Below, in pieces: positions 38,640 to 48,511 of a stretch of 64,000 nucleotides of DNA (its first letter is position 1; every line of letters starts with the position of its first letter). A model generated the notes under the pieces. The model was not told the DNA's origin, ran no database searches, and saw only the letters and a list, made by a program, of their open reading frames with translations. Made by a program: the position numbers and the translations under genes. Location: contig JAGTQY010000003.1 of assembly GCA_018396815.1 (NCBI GenBank), forward strand, positions 69,481-133,480. Reading direction: 5' to 3'. Source of the stretch: Candidatus Bathyarchaeota archaeon (GTDB lineage: Archaea > Thermoproteota > Bathyarchaeia > 40CM-2-53-6 > DTDX01).

Positions 38640-39476
38640 TTATGAATTTTCTCGATTCTTAATAGTTTTATTCATGTTTCCTTGAATGTAACCGCTTAAC
38701 TCTAAAGCCACAAACTTAAACCCTAACGCTTGTAATCTTTGAGACACTTCATCCATAATTTTCTCATTAAAAAATAATTTTCTTTCATTTGGATCTACTT
38801 CTATTCTAGCTATATCCTCATGATCTCTAACCCGAATTTGTTTAACTCTAGTAATTTCTTTAACAATTTTTTCAGCTTCAGCTACTCGTTTAATCCTTTC
38901 TAATGTGATTTTTTGGCCATATGGAATTCTTGATGCTAAACATGCTGAAGAAGGTTTTTCAGCTATAGATAAACCAAGAATTTTCGCTATTTCTCTTACT
39001 TCTCTTTTTGTTATTTTTGCTTCAATTAAGGGGCTATATATACCTTCTTCTTTTAAAGCTATTCTTCCAGGTCTATAATCTTCAAGATCCTCAATGTTAC
39101 TTCCATCAACTATATTTTTTAATCCTCTTTTTTTAGCCAACTCTTTTAATTTAATTGCTAAATTTTTTTTACAAAAATAACATCTATTCATTGGGTTACA
39201 AGCAAAGTTAGGGTCTTCAAGTTCATTCCCCTCTAAAATCACATGTTCAACTCCAATTTCTTTAGCTACTTTAACAGCTTCTTCCAATTCCTCCTGTGGC
39301 ATAAGTGGTGAGTTTATTGTTACAGCTACTACATTATTTTTTAAAGCTATTTTAGCCGCAGCAGTAACAACAGCACTATCAACTCCGCCTGAAAACGCTA
39401 CAAGAACACTTTCCTTACTCTTTAAAATATTAATTAAATAATTAAATTTTCTTTTAATGTTGTTACTATCTTCCAC
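38640..39476 (-). CDS. PP-loop ATP pyrophosphatase, LarE-like sulfur transferase family.
   Basis: PP-loop SGGVDS and a Cys cluster (CNPMNRCYFCKK). Confidence 0.65.
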   Translation of the reverse strand: MEDSNNIKRKFNYLINILKSKESVLVAFSGGVDSAVVTAAAKIALKNNVVAVTINSPLMPQEELEEAVKVAKEIGVEHVILEGNELEDPNFACNPMNRCYFCKKNLAIKLKELAKKRGLKNIVDGSNIEDLEDYRPGRIALKEEGIYSPLIEAKITKREVREIAKILGLSIAEKPSSACLASRIPYGQKITLERIKRVAEAEKIVKEITRVKQIRVRDHEDIARIEVDPNERKLFFNEKIMDEVSQRLQALGFKFVALELSGYIQGNMNKTIKNRENS

Positions 39477-39586
39477 TAAGTATTCACCTTTATTCTAAAA
39501 ATATTACTATTACCATTAAATAAATTTTAAATTTGAGTTTTTCATTATTTCTTGCTAAAAATTAAATTTCATAATGAGGTTAAAAA

Positions 39587-40234
39587 ATGCTCTTCAATTT
39601 AGAGAATTTTCATCCATGCCTCAAAAAGATTTACTTGATTCAAGGAGTTGGATTATGCTCAAACACCTATATTATTGATAAAGGTAAGTTAACTTTAGTT
39701 GATTGTGGAAATGGTTTACCTAAAAATAATATCAAGCCTTATTTAGATGAGCTTTCAATAAAAAATGTTGAACAAGTAATTTTAACACATAATCATCCTG
39801 ATCATACTGGAGGATTAAGGGAAATCCTTCGATATTTTAAACCAAGAATTTTTATTCATAAACTTGATTTTAAATTTCCTTTTTTAATTAATAACTCGTT
39901 AATTGAATTTATTAATGATAACGATAATATTTCAATTGGTGAAGAAAAACTTAAGGTTTTACATACGCCTGGACACACAGCAGGAAGCATATGTTTATAC
40001 GAAGGAAAAAATAAAATTCTATTCTCAGGAGACACAGTATTTCCAGGTGGCTTTTTCGGTAGAACAGATTTACCTACAGGAGATTCCAAAGCATTAATTA
40101 ACTCATTAAAGAGATTAACAAAATTAGATGTAGAGTTTCTTTTAGCAGGTCATGAAGAACCTGTTTTTAGAAACGGTAAGAAACATATAACTTCCTCCTT
40201 TAAAGCAGCTTTAAGCTTCTTTAATACTTTTTAA
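39587..40234 (+). CDS. Metallo-beta-lactamase-fold hydrolase.
   Basis: THNHPDHTGG motif (HxHxDH) and a downstream H. Confidence 0.7.
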   Translation: MLFNLENFHPCLKKIYLIQGVGLCSNTYIIDKGKLTLVDCGNGLPKNNIKPYLDELSIKNVEQVILTHNHPDHTGGLREILRYFKPRIFIHKLDFKFPFLINNSLIEFINDNDNISIGEEKLKVLHTPGHTAGSICLYEGKNKILFSGDTVFPGGFFGRTDLPTGDSKALINSLKRLTKLDVEFLLAGHEEPVFRNGKKHITSSFKAALSFFNTF

Positions 40235-41215
40235 TTAACCTTTAAAACCACTTTTCCGAAGTGCTTAGACTCTTCAAGATACTTATGCGCTATTCCAGCA
40301 TCCTTTAAATTAAAAACTTTATTAACAACAGGCTTAAGAATTCCCTTTTTGAAAAGCTCTGTTATTTTGAAAAGATCTCCCTTTCTCCCCATGTAAACGC
40401 CTTTTAAAGAGATTTCTCTTGTAAAATTATATCTTATATTTATCTCAGTGGTATCTCCTGTCGTTGTTCCAAAAAAGACTAACCTCCCGCCTTTTTTAAG
40501 GCATTTTATGCTTTTTTTCAAACGTCGCTTTTCCTACATGATCTATTACTATTATCTACCCCTTCATTAAATATTTCTCTTACTCTTTTTTCTACATCCT
40601 CAGTATAGTGATTTATAACTATATCCGCTCCTAGCTCTGCATTTATCTGCTTTTTCTTCACTCCCTGCTGTTGCAATAATAAAGGCATTAAAAAGCTTAG
40701 CTATTTGAATACTAGCTACGCCAACGCCTGAAGACCCAGCCCATACAAGAACTTTAGGGTTTTATTTTTCCCTTTATCACAAGAGCGTTCCATGCTGTTA
40801 AAAATGTAAGAGGATAGCTTAAAGCTTCTTCAAAGGATAAATTGTTTGGTTTTAGAATTGCATTTCTGCTTGGGACAACTACATAGTCAGCATAGCCTCC
40901 TTTACTTTTAAGCCCTAAAATATCAAAATTTTTGCAGCGATTATTATATCCTACTTGGCATTCATAGCATATTCCGCAAGAAAGCCCAGGTGATACAATA
41001 ACTTCATCGCCAATTTTAACATTTTTTACGATCCCCTACTTCTTCAACAATACCGCTTACATCTGATCCAAGGATATGAGGAAGCTCAAGGTTTTACCGC
41101 TAAAATCCCCATTCTTACCCATATATCAAGATGATTTAAGGCTACAGCCTTTACTTTAATTAAAACTTCATCTCCCCCTTAGTTTAGGTTTCGGAAAATC
41201 TTCATTATGCAGAAG
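40231..41215 (-). pseudogene. Zinc-binding alcohol dehydrogenase/quinone oxidoreductase (MDR family) disrupted by multiple frameshifts.
   Basis: Translating the minus strand across three frames recovers MKIFRNLN*, GEVLIKVKAVALNHLDIWVRMG, GICYECQVGYNNRCKNFDILGLKSKGGYADYVVVP and GSSGVGVASIQIAKLFNA. Only the last 96 codons (40231..40521) are an intact ORF. Confidence 0.6.
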
Positions 41216-41290
41216 ATTTTCAATACCACCAAATTGTTTAAGAAGAATAGCCTTAATTTTTAAATTCTCTTAAATATTATTTATTAATTG

Positions 41291-41722
41291 TTAAGGCTTA
41301 TATTCTATCCAATAAGATCTTCCATCTTCTAAAGTTTCCTTCTTCCATAAAGGTGCTTCTTGTTTTACTCTTTCAACGATTTCTCTTAAAGCTGGAAAAA
41401 CATCTTTTCTAGACTTTCCTGAAACTGCAATCATCATTATTTTTTCTCCTACTTTAACTTGTCCCATAACATGATGAATCAAAACATTAGTAATTTTATA
41501 TTGTTCTTTAATTTCCTCAGCTATCTTCTTAAATGCTTCTTCTGCTTTTTCTTTATACGCATCAAATTCTAAATAAGCAACTCTTTCCTTTTGGTATGTT
41601 TCTCCTCTTACTATTCCAAGAAAGATACCAATCGCTCCATCTTCACCATCTTCACACTCTTTAATAAAATTCATTAATTTTTTAAGGGATATACCCCTTT
41701 TTGAAACAAGGAAATTACTCAA
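41291..41722 (-). CDS. moaE: Molybdopterin synthase catalytic subunit (MoaE).
   Basis: 143 aa with the MoaE fold motifs (GAIGIFLGIVR, HHVMGQV). Confidence 0.65.
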   Translation of the reverse strand: MSNFLVSKRGISLKKLMNFIKECEDGEDGAIGIFLGIVRGETYQKERVAYLEFDAYKEKAEEAFKKIAEEIKEQYKITNVLIHHVMGQVKVGEKIMMIAVSGKSRKDVFPALREIVERVKQEAPLWKKETLEDGRSYWIEYKP

Positions 41723-41804
41723 AATTTTCTCACCTACTCCTCCATATATATTATATTTAAATAAGTTTAATCATTCTATGTAAATTACATGAAATTATGT
41801 TAAG

Positions 41805-42311
41805 GTGAAATTAAAAATGATTATTGGAATAATTTCAGATACTCATGATAGAATACCCTTTATAATTAAAGCTATAGAGCTATTAAACGCTGAAAAAGTT
41901 GATTTAGTACTACACTGTGGAGATTACTGTGCGCCTTTTGCAATTGTTCCATTCAAAAGCTTAATTGCTAAAATGATTGGTATATATGGAAATAATGATG
42001 CTGAAAAAGAGTTGTTAAAAAATGCTTTTTTAAGTATTAATAAGGAAGTTAGAGGGAGTTTTGCTAAGTTGGATATTAATGGATTTAAAATTGGTATGCT
42101 TCATGGAGAAAATAAAGATCTTTTAGATACAATTATTGAATGCGGCTTTTTTGATTTAGTGGTTTATGGGCATACTCATAAAGTTGATATACGTGAATTT
42201 GGGAAAACTTTAGTTATAAATCCTGGAGAAATATGTGGTTATTTAACTGGTGAATCTTCCTTAGCTCTATTTGATGTAAAAACAAAAAAAGTGAATATAG
42301 TTAAATTATAA
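41805..42311 (+). CDS. Metallophosphoesterase (MJ0936/YfcE family).
   Basis: D.H, GD, GNND, H and GH.H motifs (ISDTHD, HCGDYC, GNNDAE, GHTH). Confidence 0.7.
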   Translation: MKLKMIIGIISDTHDRIPFIIKAIELLNAEKVDLVLHCGDYCAPFAIVPFKSLIAKMIGIYGNNDAEKELLKNAFLSINKEVRGSFAKLDINGFKIGMLHGENKDLLDTIIECGFFDLVVYGHTHKVDIREFGKTLVINPGEICGYLTGESSLALFDVKTKKVNIVKL

Positions 42312-42319
42312 AGTGAAAA

Positions 42320-43498
42320 ATGTCATCATCAATTGATACTCTTTCAAGGATTTATAAACTTTCTAGTGATGTTATTGAAAGTTTAGAAAAAGTTTATCGA
42401 AATGATTTAGAAAAAGTTCTTCAAGCTCTTAAAACTCCTGGAAAAAAATATTATTTTAGAGTGAATACTTTAAAAGCTAATTTAAATGAAGTATTTATAA
42501 ACCTGAAGAATAAGGGTTTTCAAGTTAAAATGGATGAACATATTCCTGAAGCTTTTTATGTTCCTGTTGAAGGCCCATTTAATATTCCAATTTTTAATAA
42601 ACGTGTTATTGTTGATAAATTTACTGCTGAATCCGTTTTGCAAGGTGCACATGTTTATGCACCTGGAATTGTAAATTGTAAAGGAATAAGGGTAGGAGAT
42701 AAAGTCACAATTGTTGATGAATTGAATCAAGAAGTTGGTAGTGGGATAGCTAGAATGAATGAAACTCAAATTCTTCAATTCAGAAGAGGGCTAGCTGTTG
42801 AAGTAATTTATCCAAAGTATAAAATTCCAAGTTTTAGAGAAACTGAAGAATATAAAAAAGGCTTGATATATCCACAATCTTTTCCTGCAATTTTAACTAG
42901 TAGAATTCTTGATCCTAAACCTGGAGAAAAAATTTTAGATATGTGTTGTGCACCAGGAGGGAAGCTTTCTCATATAGTTCAATTAATGGAGAATAAAGGT
43001 TTAGTTATAGGGGTTGATAGAAACAAAAAGAAGATAGAAACTACAATGAAAAACTTAAATCGTTTAAACTGTAAAATTGCAACTTTAATTATTCATGATT
43101 CAAGATATCTTGATGTAAATTTTCCATCTTTAAAAGTTGATAGATGTTTAGTTGATCCGCCTTGCAGCGCTTTAGGAGTTACACCTAAGCTTTTTGATTT
43201 TACATCGATAAAGGATATTTTAAATTTGTCTAATTATCAAAAACAATTTATTAAAGTTGCTTCTAAACTTCTTAAACCAAATGGAATTTTAGTGTATAGT
43301 GTATGCACATTAACAATTGAGGAATGTGAAGCAATAGTTAAATTCGCTGAAGAAGAGTGTTCATTAAAAATTGAGATGCAAAATTTTTTTGTTGGTTCAC
43401 CAGGAGTTAATATATTTTCAAATGCTGAAAAACTTCAACGTTTTCATCCGCATATTCATGGTTTAGGTTTTTTCATAGCTAAATTTAAGAAAAATTAG
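42320..43498 (+). CDS. RNA cytosine-C5 methyltransferase (NOL1/NOP2/Sun family) with a PUA domain.
   Basis: SAM site DMCCAPGGK plus the catalytic Cys motifs DPPCSA and YSVCT. An N-terminal PUA domain. Confidence 0.8.
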   Translation: MSSSIDTLSRIYKLSSDVIESLEKVYRNDLEKVLQALKTPGKKYYFRVNTLKANLNEVFINLKNKGFQVKMDEHIPEAFYVPVEGPFNIPIFNKRVIVDKFTAESVLQGAHVYAPGIVNCKGIRVGDKVTIVDELNQEVGSGIARMNETQILQFRRGLAVEVIYPKYKIPSFRETEEYKKGLIYPQSFPAILTSRILDPKPGEKILDMCCAPGGKLSHIVQLMENKGLVIGVDRNKKKIETTMKNLNRLNCKIATLIIHDSRYLDVNFPSLKVDRCLVDPPCSALGVTPKLFDFTSIKDILNLSNYQKQFIKVASKLLKPNGILVYSVCTLTIEECEAIVKFAEEECSLKIEMQNFFVGSPGVNIFSNAEKLQRFHPHIHGLGFFIAKFKKN

Positions 43499-43997
43499 TT
43501 TTTTCTGCTTTTCGCTTTAATTTAGTTCCACATGTATCGCAAACTGTTTTATTAACATCATATTTCTTAAAACATGCTGGACAATAAATAACCCATTTTA
43601 ATGGTTTAGAAATTCCAAAGGTAGCTATTGAAGAGAAATTTAATTGAAGAAAATAGGCAACATTTTGAATTGCATAATCATCTGTTAATATAATAGGTTC
43701 AAAACCTTCTGTTTTTAATTCAAAAGCTAAAGCTAACAATTGTAAATCAGCTTTAGAAAGCACATTTTTATCACCAATTTTAACTGATACTTCATAAACT
43801 TTTTTTTCAGAGTTTTCACTTGGTTTTTTAATGTTTAGTTTTTTAGTTTCTTGTAGAGCTTTTACTCTTAAGGCTATAGGCCCCTCTTTAGGTAATTCTT
43901 CAATAACTAAAGGTGGTGAATAAGCTTGAATATTTATTAAATCGAAACCTGCTATAAACGCTGAAGAATCTAAAACTAAAATTTTTTTACTCATCAC
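43485..43997 (-). CDS. Nob1-like PIN-domain endonuclease with a zinc ribbon.
   Basis: N-terminal PIN (LVLDSSAFI) plus C-terminal CPAC...CDTCG. Confidence 0.6.
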   Translation of the reverse strand: MMSKKILVLDSSAFIAGFDLINIQAYSPPLVIEELPKEGPIALRVKALQETKKLNIKKPSENSEKKVYEVSVKIGDKNVLSKADLQLLALAFELKTEGFEPIILTDDYAIQNVAYFLQLNFSSIATFGISKPLKWVIYCPACFKKYDVNKTVCDTCGTKLKRKAEKTNFS

Positions 43998-44824
43998 ATT
44001 CTAGAAACTAATCTAGATAATCTTCGGCATAAAAATTTTGTTTCAAACCTTATAAATAAAGCTTTATGATTCGATTTTTTCACTAAAACTTTAGAGTTAA
44101 CTGGAAGCTCTTTTATGTAACAACCATCCACAATTAATACTGCCCCAACTTTTTCATTCGAAACTTTTATAGTTACGTCAAGTCTATCTGGAATAATTAT
44201 CGATCTTATAGGTTTCAGCGGGCATATAAAAACTAAATCAAAAGCTTCAAGATTTGTTTCTAAAATTGGTCCTCCAGCTGAAAATGCATGAGCAGTTGAA
44301 CCTGTAGGAGTAGCGATTATTAATCCATCAGCTCTAATCTCTATAAGCTTGTAACTTCCTGCTAAAACATCAAAATGAAGAGGTTTTAAAGGTGTTTTTG
44401 AAGTTATTAAAGCTTCATTTAATCCATCTACTAAAAATTCCTCTTCATGAAAAACTGAAAGTTTTGAATGTTCTTCTATCTTGTATTTTCCAGCTAAACA
44501 ATCTTCAATTGCATCAAATGTATGTTCTGGAGGCACTTCAGTTAAATAACCTCTTCTACCCATATCCACAGATAGTATTGGTGTTTCCGGATTTGGAATA
44601 TTCATGCATGTTTTTAAAATTGTTCCATCCCCGCCAATAGTTAAAATTAAATCCGCACTTAACTTATTAAGAGGTACCCCTAAATTTAACTTTAAAGCTT
44701 CAGCTAATTGCTTTTCTAAAGTAACTTCTAAACCTTTTTTTGAAAGAAACTCTAAAACTTCATTTGAAAGTTTAATTGCATCTTCAATATCCAACCTTGA
44801 GACTATACCAATCTTTTTAAACAT
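43994..44824 (-). CDS. nadK: NAD kinase.
   Basis: GGDGT motif and the NE/DG region (DGLIIATPTGSTAHAFSAGGPI). Confidence 0.8.
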   Translation of the reverse strand: MFKKIGIVSRLDIEDAIKLSNEVLEFLSKKGLEVTLEKQLAEALKLNLGVPLNKLSADLILTIGGDGTILKTCMNIPNPETPILSVDMGRRGYLTEVPPEHTFDAIEDCLAGKYKIEEHSKLSVFHEEEFLVDGLNEALITSKTPLKPLHFDVLAGSYKLIEIRADGLIIATPTGSTAHAFSAGGPILETNLEAFDLVFICPLKPIRSIIIPDRLDVTIKVSNEKVGAVLIVDGCYIKELPVNSKVLVKKSNHKALFIRFETKFLCRRLSRLVSRM

Positions 44825-44967
44825 TTTTATCTTCCAACTTTATTATAAGGTAACTAAAATAGCTAGTTACTTAAGAATTACTCCTTAATTAAACATTAAA
44901 AAGGTTTTTAGGTTTTAAGCATTACAAGTTTTGTTTAGAAAACTTAGTCAGGAACTGAAAGTAAACA

Positions 44968-45672
44968 ATGTTGAAACCTAAATTTCTTTCTACAAAATCT
45001 TTTTCTCTCAATAAATTATTAAATGGTGGTTTACCTTTAAGGGAGTTATCTTTAATTTATGGGGAAGCATCCACTGGGAAAACTACTTTAGTTCTTCAAA
45101 CAGCTATTGAAGCCGCTAAAAACTTATTAAAAGTACTTTATATCGATGTAGATTATTCCTTTACTCCGCAACGGTTTAACCAAATAGCAGGTTTACATGC
45201 AAATAAAGCTTCACCTAACATTTTTATTTTTACTCCAAAAACTTTTTTTGAGCAAACTCAAATAATAGAGAATTTGGAAACTTACTTATCTAAATTAACT
45301 GTTTTAATTATTGTTGACTCTATTACAACGCTTTACAGGTTGGAGGTTTCAACTTTAGAAGAGCGTTTTGCTTTAAACCGCGCTTTAAATAGGCAATTAG
45401 CCTATTTAGCTGAATTAGCTAAAAAACATGAGTTAGCTGTAGTTTTAACAAGTCAAGTTCATAGCTCATTAAATGAGTACGTGGATATAGAACCTATAGC
45501 TAAACGCGCTCTTTTTCACTGGTGTGGAACAATAATTAAACTAGTAAATCTTAAAGGCAACTTTAAAGAAGTTATTGTTGAACGATTAAACTTCAAGGAA
45601 ACACCTAATCTTAAATGCAAATTAAAACTTACAAAAGAAGGGTTAATAGAGGCTTTAAATAAAGATGAATGA
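44968..45672 (+). CDS. RadA paralogue (RadB/aRadC-like KaiC-type ATPase).
   Basis: A 234-aa RecA-fold core only. Walker A GEASTGKT, Walker B LIIVDSIT. Confidence 0.6.
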   Translation: MLKPKFLSTKSFSLNKLLNGGLPLRELSLIYGEASTGKTTLVLQTAIEAAKNLLKVLYIDVDYSFTPQRFNQIAGLHANKASPNIFIFTPKTFFEQTQIIENLETYLSKLTVLIIVDSITTLYRLEVSTLEERFALNRALNRQLAYLAELAKKHELAVVLTSQVHSSLNEYVDIEPIAKRALFHWCGTIIKLVNLKGNFKEVIVERLNFKETPNLKCKLKLTKEGLIEALNKDE

Positions 45673-46165
45673 ATCTTTTTTTTCAGCTTTAATATTTATT
45701 TTGCCTGCTTATATAGCGAATGCTAGTGCAGTAGTTTTTCATGGGAAAAAACCAATAGATTTTAACAAAACTTTTATTGATAAAAAAAGAGTGTTTGGAG
45801 CTAATAAAACTATTGAAGGTTTTATTGGGGGTTTTTTATGCGGTTTATTAATGACGATAATTGAATGTTTAATTTTAAACTGTAAAAACTTTAATTTCTT
45901 CTTATTAGGTGCTTTAATTAGTTTAGGAGCTTTACTGGGGGATCTTCTAGGAGCTTTTATTAAGAGGAGATTAACTTTAGCTCCAGGTTTTCCTCTTCCA
46001 TTTCTAGATCAATTAGATTTTGTTTATGGCGCATTAATTATTTCTTATCCTTTTTCAAAATTAGATTTAAACGCGTTATTTTTTATTTTTCTCTTTACGC
46101 CTTTTCTTCATTTAATCACTAACAGTATAGCTTACTTGTTAAAATTAAAAAAATTTTGGTGGTAA
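45665..46165 (+). CDS. carS: CDP-archaeol synthase (CarS, DUF46).
   Basis: 166-aa membrane protein with NKTIEGFIGG, the CTP-transferase signature of DUF46. Confidence 0.55.
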   Translation: MNESFFSALIFILPAYIANASAVVFHGKKPIDFNKTFIDKKRVFGANKTIEGFIGGFLCGLLMTIIECLILNCKNFNFFLLGALISLGALLGDLLGAFIKRRLTLAPGFPLPFLDQLDFVYGALIISYPFSKLDLNALFFIFLFTPFLHLITNSIAYLLKLKKFWW

Positions 46166-46168
46166 GTA

Positions 46169-46594
46169 TTATCCAGAAATTTTCTGTTGCATTAAAGTGA
46201 TTAAATAATAAACTGAGAGTATTGTTATTGTAAATCCTATAATAAGTGTAATATAGGCTTCTCTAGGTCTATAAACCATTTTTATACTTTTATAAAGCAG
46301 GTATAATCCTACAACACCTATTAAATATAGAAAAGCTGAAACTAAACTTTCACTTAAAGTTTGAACATTAATGTTTCCTCTATAAATAAATGTCCAACCT
46401 GTTGAAGAGGGTAGTAAAGCTAAAGGTTTTTCTAAAGCTGCAAAAATTCCACCAGAAAAAATAAACACTGAAAAAACAAGAACTATAATAAACAAGGTTG
46501 TTGCTGAAAGTTTAGGTTTTACTCTTCTTTTTTTAACAGTGTAAATTAAATCCTTAGTTTTAAGCTTTATTTTCCATAAAATTTTTTGAGTCAA
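46169..46594 (-). CDS. Membrane protein of unknown function.
   Basis: Three or four predicted transmembrane helices. Confidence 0.3.
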   Translation of the reverse strand: MTQKILWKIKLKTKDLIYTVKKRRVKPKLSATTLFIIVLVFSVFIFSGGIFAALEKPLALLPSSTGWTFIYRGNINVQTLSESLVSAFLYLIGVVGLYLLYKSIKMVYRPREAYITLIIGFTITILSVYYLITLMQQKISG

Positions 46595-46714
46595 TATTTA
46601 CACCGCCTTATTAGGTTTTAAACAATTTTAAATCGGATTTAAATCTTTTGAATATTTATATTTAATGTTTATCTTATTGTTTTTACTTTGGTTTATTTAA
46701 AAAAAGGAGGTTTC

Positions 46715-46897
46715 ATGTTGCCTCAAAAAGTTTTCTGCAGCAAATGTGGAGCTACACTTTATGAAGGTGGAGAATTAGCGTCTCCCATAGATATAATTCA
46801 ACGTTATCGTGGTATTTGCCCTAAATGTGGAAAAACTTTAAATTTTGATTATGATAATATTGAGATTCATCCTATTGAAAATGAAGAGGCGCTTTAA
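46715..46897 (+). CDS. Small zinc-ribbon protein (2x CxxC).
   Basis: A GGAGG Shine-Dalgarno lies 4 nt upstream of the ATG at 46715. CSKCG...CPKCG. The stop is 2 nt before gcvT. Confidence 0.4.
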   Translation: MLPQKVFCSKCGATLYEGGELASPIDIIQRYRGICPKCGKTLNFDYDNIEIHPIENEEAL

Positions 46898-46899
46898 AA

Positions 46900-48027
46900 A
46901 TGCTTAATAAAACTCAAATATATGATTTCCATAAAAAAAATGGAAAATTAGTTGAATTTGCTGGTTTTGAAATGCCTATTTGGTATAAAGGAATAATTGA
47001 AGAATGCTTGGCTGTTAGAAATGCTGCAGGAATTTTTGACGTATCCCACATGGGAAGAGCCTTTATTTATGGCGAGGAAGATGAAGCTTTTCTAAATTAT
47101 TTAACTCCAAATGATGTTTCAATGCTTAAACCAGGCATGGGTCATTACTCGGTTATGTGTAATGAGCAAGGTGGTATAATAGACGATTTAATACTACTTA
47201 AATTAAAAGATAAATTTTTAATGGTTTTTAATGCTAGCAATAGAAGTAAAGATTTAGCGTGGATGTATAAACAAGCGGAAAAATTCAAAGTTAAAATCGA
47301 TCATGTTTCTGATCAAATAGCAATGTTTGCTATTCAAGGACCTAAAGCTAGAGAAATTACTCAAGAAATAGCTAAAGAAAATGTTTATGACATTCCTAGG
47401 TTTGGTGTAGGAGAATTAACGTTAAATGGAGTTAAATGTTTAGCTTCAGGAACAGGTTATACAGGTGAAGATGGATTTGAAATATTTGTGTTAGATGCTT
47501 CAATTGAAAAACCTCAAAATGCATTTAAAGTTTGGGGCTCTATTTTAGAAGTTGGTAAGAAATATGGTTTAGAACCATGCGGTTTAGGGGCTAGGGATGT
47601 TTTAAGGCTTGAAGCAGGTATGTGCCTTTATGGAAACGATATTGATGAGTCGACAACACCATTTGAAGCTAAAATTTCTTGGGTAGTGAAACTAAATAAA
47701 AAAAGCGATTTTATAGGAAGAAAAGCTTTAGAAAAACAAAAAATTGAAGGTATAAAAAAATGTAGAGTTGGGTTAAAACTTAAAAGTAGGGGAATTCCTA
47801 GACATGGTTATGAAATTCTAAAAAATAATCAAGTAATTGGAAAAGTTACTAGCGGAACATTATCACCAATATTGAATGTTGGAATAGCAATGGGTTATAT
47901 TCCTGTTGAATACTCTAACCCTGGTGAAATTTTACAAATAAAAATTAGAGATAAACTAGTTGATGCTGAAGTAGTTAATGTACCGTTTTATGATACAACT
48001 AAATATGGATGGAAAAGAGAAAAATAA
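46900..48027 (+). CDS. gcvT: Glycine cleavage system T protein (aminomethyltransferase).
   Basis: Full-length GcvT fold. Confidence 0.9.
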   Translation: MLNKTQIYDFHKKNGKLVEFAGFEMPIWYKGIIEECLAVRNAAGIFDVSHMGRAFIYGEEDEAFLNYLTPNDVSMLKPGMGHYSVMCNEQGGIIDDLILLKLKDKFLMVFNASNRSKDLAWMYKQAEKFKVKIDHVSDQIAMFAIQGPKAREITQEIAKENVYDIPRFGVGELTLNGVKCLASGTGYTGEDGFEIFVLDASIEKPQNAFKVWGSILEVGKKYGLEPCGLGARDVLRLEAGMCLYGNDIDESTTPFEAKISWVVKLNKKSDFIGRKALEKQKIEGIKKCRVGLKLKSRGIPRHGYEILKNNQVIGKVTSGTLSPILNVGIAMGYIPVEYSNPGEILQIKIRDKLVDAEVVNVPFYDTTKYGWKREK

Positions 48028-48076
48028 ATAAGTATGTAAAATGATTAATGAAAAAGTTTAAGGGGAGGATGAATAA

Positions 48077-48490
48077 ATGAAAGTTGGAGAATATGAAGTT
48101 GTTGAGGGTTTATACTATACTAAAGAGCATGAATGGCTTAAAATTGAAGGTGAATTATGTAGAATTGGGCTTTGCGACTACGCTCAAAAATCTCTTCATG
48201 AAATTGTTTTTGTTGATTTACCTAAAGTTGGAGCTAAAGCAACTCAAATGCAAAGTATAGGAAGCGTTGAATCTGTAAAGGCTGTTGCTGAAATTTTCTC
48301 TCCAATTTCTGGAGAAATTGTTGAAGTAAATACTAGACTTGAAAATAACCCTGAACTTCTTAATGAAAGCCCATATGGGGATGGTTGGGTAGCTTTAATT
48401 AAACCCTCTAATCTTCAAGAGGAGCTTAAAAACCTAATGGATGCAAAAAGTTACGCTGAATTTTTAAAATCTATTATTGAGAAAGAATAA
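48077..48490 (+). CDS. gcvH: Glycine cleavage system H protein.
   Basis: Lipoyl-lysine motif ESVKAV. GGAGG Shine-Dalgarno upstream. Confidence 0.9.
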   Translation: MKVGEYEVVEGLYYTKEHEWLKIEGELCRIGLCDYAQKSLHEIVFVDLPKVGAKATQMQSIGSVESVKAVAEIFSPISGEIVEVNTRLENNPELLNESPYGDGWVALIKPSNLQEELKNLMDAKSYAEFLKSIIEKE

Positions 48491-48511
48491 ATTTTTTTCT
48501 TTCTCTCTTTT

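Noticed and set aside
39856-40097. 77-aa and 64-aa ORFs inside the MBL-fold hydrolase gene.
   Set aside because: Antisense or alternative-frame ORFs inside a gene with a clear HxHxDH motif.
42482-42778. 98-aa ORF antisense to the NOL1/NOP2/Sun methyltransferase gene.
   Set aside because: Antisense shadow frame (Asn/Phe/Ile-rich) inside a gene with clear SAM-methyltransferase motifs.
44392-44888. 82-aa and 94-aa plus-strand ORFs overlapping the NAD kinase gene.
   Set aside because: Shadow frames. NAD kinase on the minus strand carries the GGDGT motif.
46688-46714. TTG start at 46688 for the zinc-ribbon ORF.
   Set aside because: It would place the GGAGG Shine-Dalgarno inside the coding sequence. 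The ATG at 46715, downstream of the Shine-Dalgarno, is the better start.
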